Source: a phage
DNA length: 64,000 nt
Strand: one strand, 5' to 3'
Assembly (NCBI GenBank): GCA_019326865.1
Contig: GCA_019326865.1_4101.1
Made by a program: the position numbers and the translations under genes
In this document: in pieces, positions 62,965-64,000 of the stretch
How positions within the stretch are numbered: position 1 is the stretch's first letter
Layout of the letters: each line of letters starts with the position of its first letter
Notes under the pieces: model-generated
Told to the model about the DNA's origin: nothing
Databases searched by the model: none
The model's input: only the letters and a program-made list of their open reading frames with translations

Positions 62965-63016
62965 GATTAGTTATTTGCAATATTTTAAGTACTTAATTAA
63001 TATTTTATAAAAAAAT

Positions 63017-63046
63017 GTGAGACAACTTTAAAGTTTGTGCTATAAT
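63017..63046 (+). promoter_or_regulatory. promoter (GTGAGACAAC-N11-TGcTATAAT class)
   Basis: Same upstream box and spacing as promoter at 14087; extended -10 TGCTATAAT at 63038-63046. Confidence 0.55.
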
Positions 63047-63052
63047 ATTTGT

Positions 63053-63525
63053 TGTAGTAATGACAATCCTGTTGAATGCAGAAATGCATATAAATTAGAA
63101 CCTGATCCTATCGAAAATGTAGATGGCAGATGAGCAGTTCAACAGTGCGATGAGCAAAAGAAACCCGTTAGATGTGGGCATAGTTTGAACCCCTCACGGC
63201 AATGCGGCTCAATAAAGAACTCCGATAAGCATACAGAGAGTTCCTAGATAGACATATAAGGATCGCACCTTACCAGATTTGCTAAGGGAGTTTATTAAGT
63301 GATTTTTAATAAACAGCCTGAAGTTTGATTGTATAGACTTTCAGGTGAGTGTCAGGATGATTAAGACTGACGACCGTTGCATATGACCGTGATAGGGAGA
63401 AACCGAGCAACCCGCTTCCGTTTGCGATTGATCTTTTTACAATATAGATCCGTCCAAAATTCACGATACAATAAATGCTGAAACCATCAGCGTCAAGAAA
63501 TAGAGACTTCATTGTCTCTTTTTTA
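63053..63525 (+). ncRNA. candidate structured non-coding RNA (~470 nt), class unassigned
   Basis: Promoter at 63017-63046, intrinsic terminator agagac-ttcatt-gtctct + T6 at 63502-63525; GC-richer than surroundings by eye; no plausible plus-strand ORF. Confidence 0.45.
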
Positions 63526-63740
63526 TTGTCTTCATTCCCCTGCGGGGGGATGAAAATGTCCTCAACAAATCCCGTCAAGTATTAAATCTTTTAAAGTTCT
63601 TTATAATTAATTTAATGAAATGAATATGAGTTACGTAGTAACGAATATTCTTCAGCTAACGAATGAAATGAGTTAGATGAATCCAATAATATTAAAATTA
63701 ATTCTTCCATAATTCAAATAATTCTGTAATTTAATGAAAA

Positions 63741-63766
63741 AAAACCAGCAACAATGTGCTGGTTAT
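63741..63766 (-). terminator. intrinsic terminator (ccagca-acaatg-tgctgg; T8 on minus strand)
   Basis: Perfect 6-bp stem; minus-strand T-run; just downstream of 63773..63982 stop. Confidence 0.65.
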
Positions 63767-63772
63767 ATGGGA

Positions 63773-63982
63773 TTAGTGCTTCTCGTTTTGTTTTTTAATT
63801 TTTTTATTAAAAGACTTAACTAACAAGTCTCTATCTATTAATGGCATATTAAGAAGTGTTCCGTAATCAATATTATCCATATATACAGAACACTCCATCA
63901 GTGCATTTTTGATTTCGGACTTATTCAGTTCTATCTCCTTTAAAACTTCTTGTATTTCTTCAGGAGATGACTGGAGAAGCAT
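63773..63982 (-). CDS. small hypothetical protein
   Basis: 69-aa ORF with in-frame upstream stop; own terminator. Confidence 0.4.
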   Translation of the reverse strand: MLLQSSPEEIQEVLKEIELNKSEIKNALMECSVYMDNIDYGTLLNMPLIDRDLLVKSFNKKIKKQNEKH

Positions 63983-64000
63983 TACTCGAAAAAATGACTA

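Noticed and set aside
63050-63530. tRNA gene or group I intron in the GC-richer intergenic region
   Set aside because: I could not build a cloverleaf (no GTTCRANYC T-loop with matching stems, no acceptor stem); R/S-like fragments (AGACUG, AUAUAGAUCC) are not complementary as P7 requires, and no interrupted host gene flanks the region. Left as an unassigned ncRNA candidate.
63306-63578. Minus-strand 90-aa ORF within the ncRNA candidate
   Set aside because: No RBS or promoter context, spans the terminator hairpin, and lies in the region better explained as a plus-strand structured RNA.

Overview
This window reads as a densely coding, AT-rich segment of a large contractile-tailed dsDNA bacteriophage with T4-like core genes; no rRNA, tRNA, CRISPR array or transposase was found. 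All protein identities come from motifs read directly in the supplied translations; no database search was run. Supported content: a 5'-partial tail sheath gene and three tail-tube-family paralogs (1-5.4 kb); a run of small, partly very acidic proteins (5.4-10.9 kb); a plus-strand block with its own strong promoters and terminators carrying a MoxR-type AAA+ ATPase, a VWA/HExxH protein and thymidylate synthase (10.9-16.6 kb); five adjacent minus-strand fibre/tailspike genes (16.6-29.6 kb); a Nudix hydrolase; a ClpA-like two-domain AAA+ unfoldase; a minus-strand baseplate module including a 3331-aa protein (37.7-58.3 kb); a gp55-like late sigma factor, Mre11-like and Rad50-like genes; an endonuclease-VII-like gene; and a GC-richer, ORF-poor stretch (63.05-63.53 kb) bracketed by a promoter and a terminator that I call a candidate structured ncRNA. 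The strongest candidates for an undescribed system are the MoxR-VWA/HExxH pair, the ClpA-like unfoldase and the ncRNA locus.
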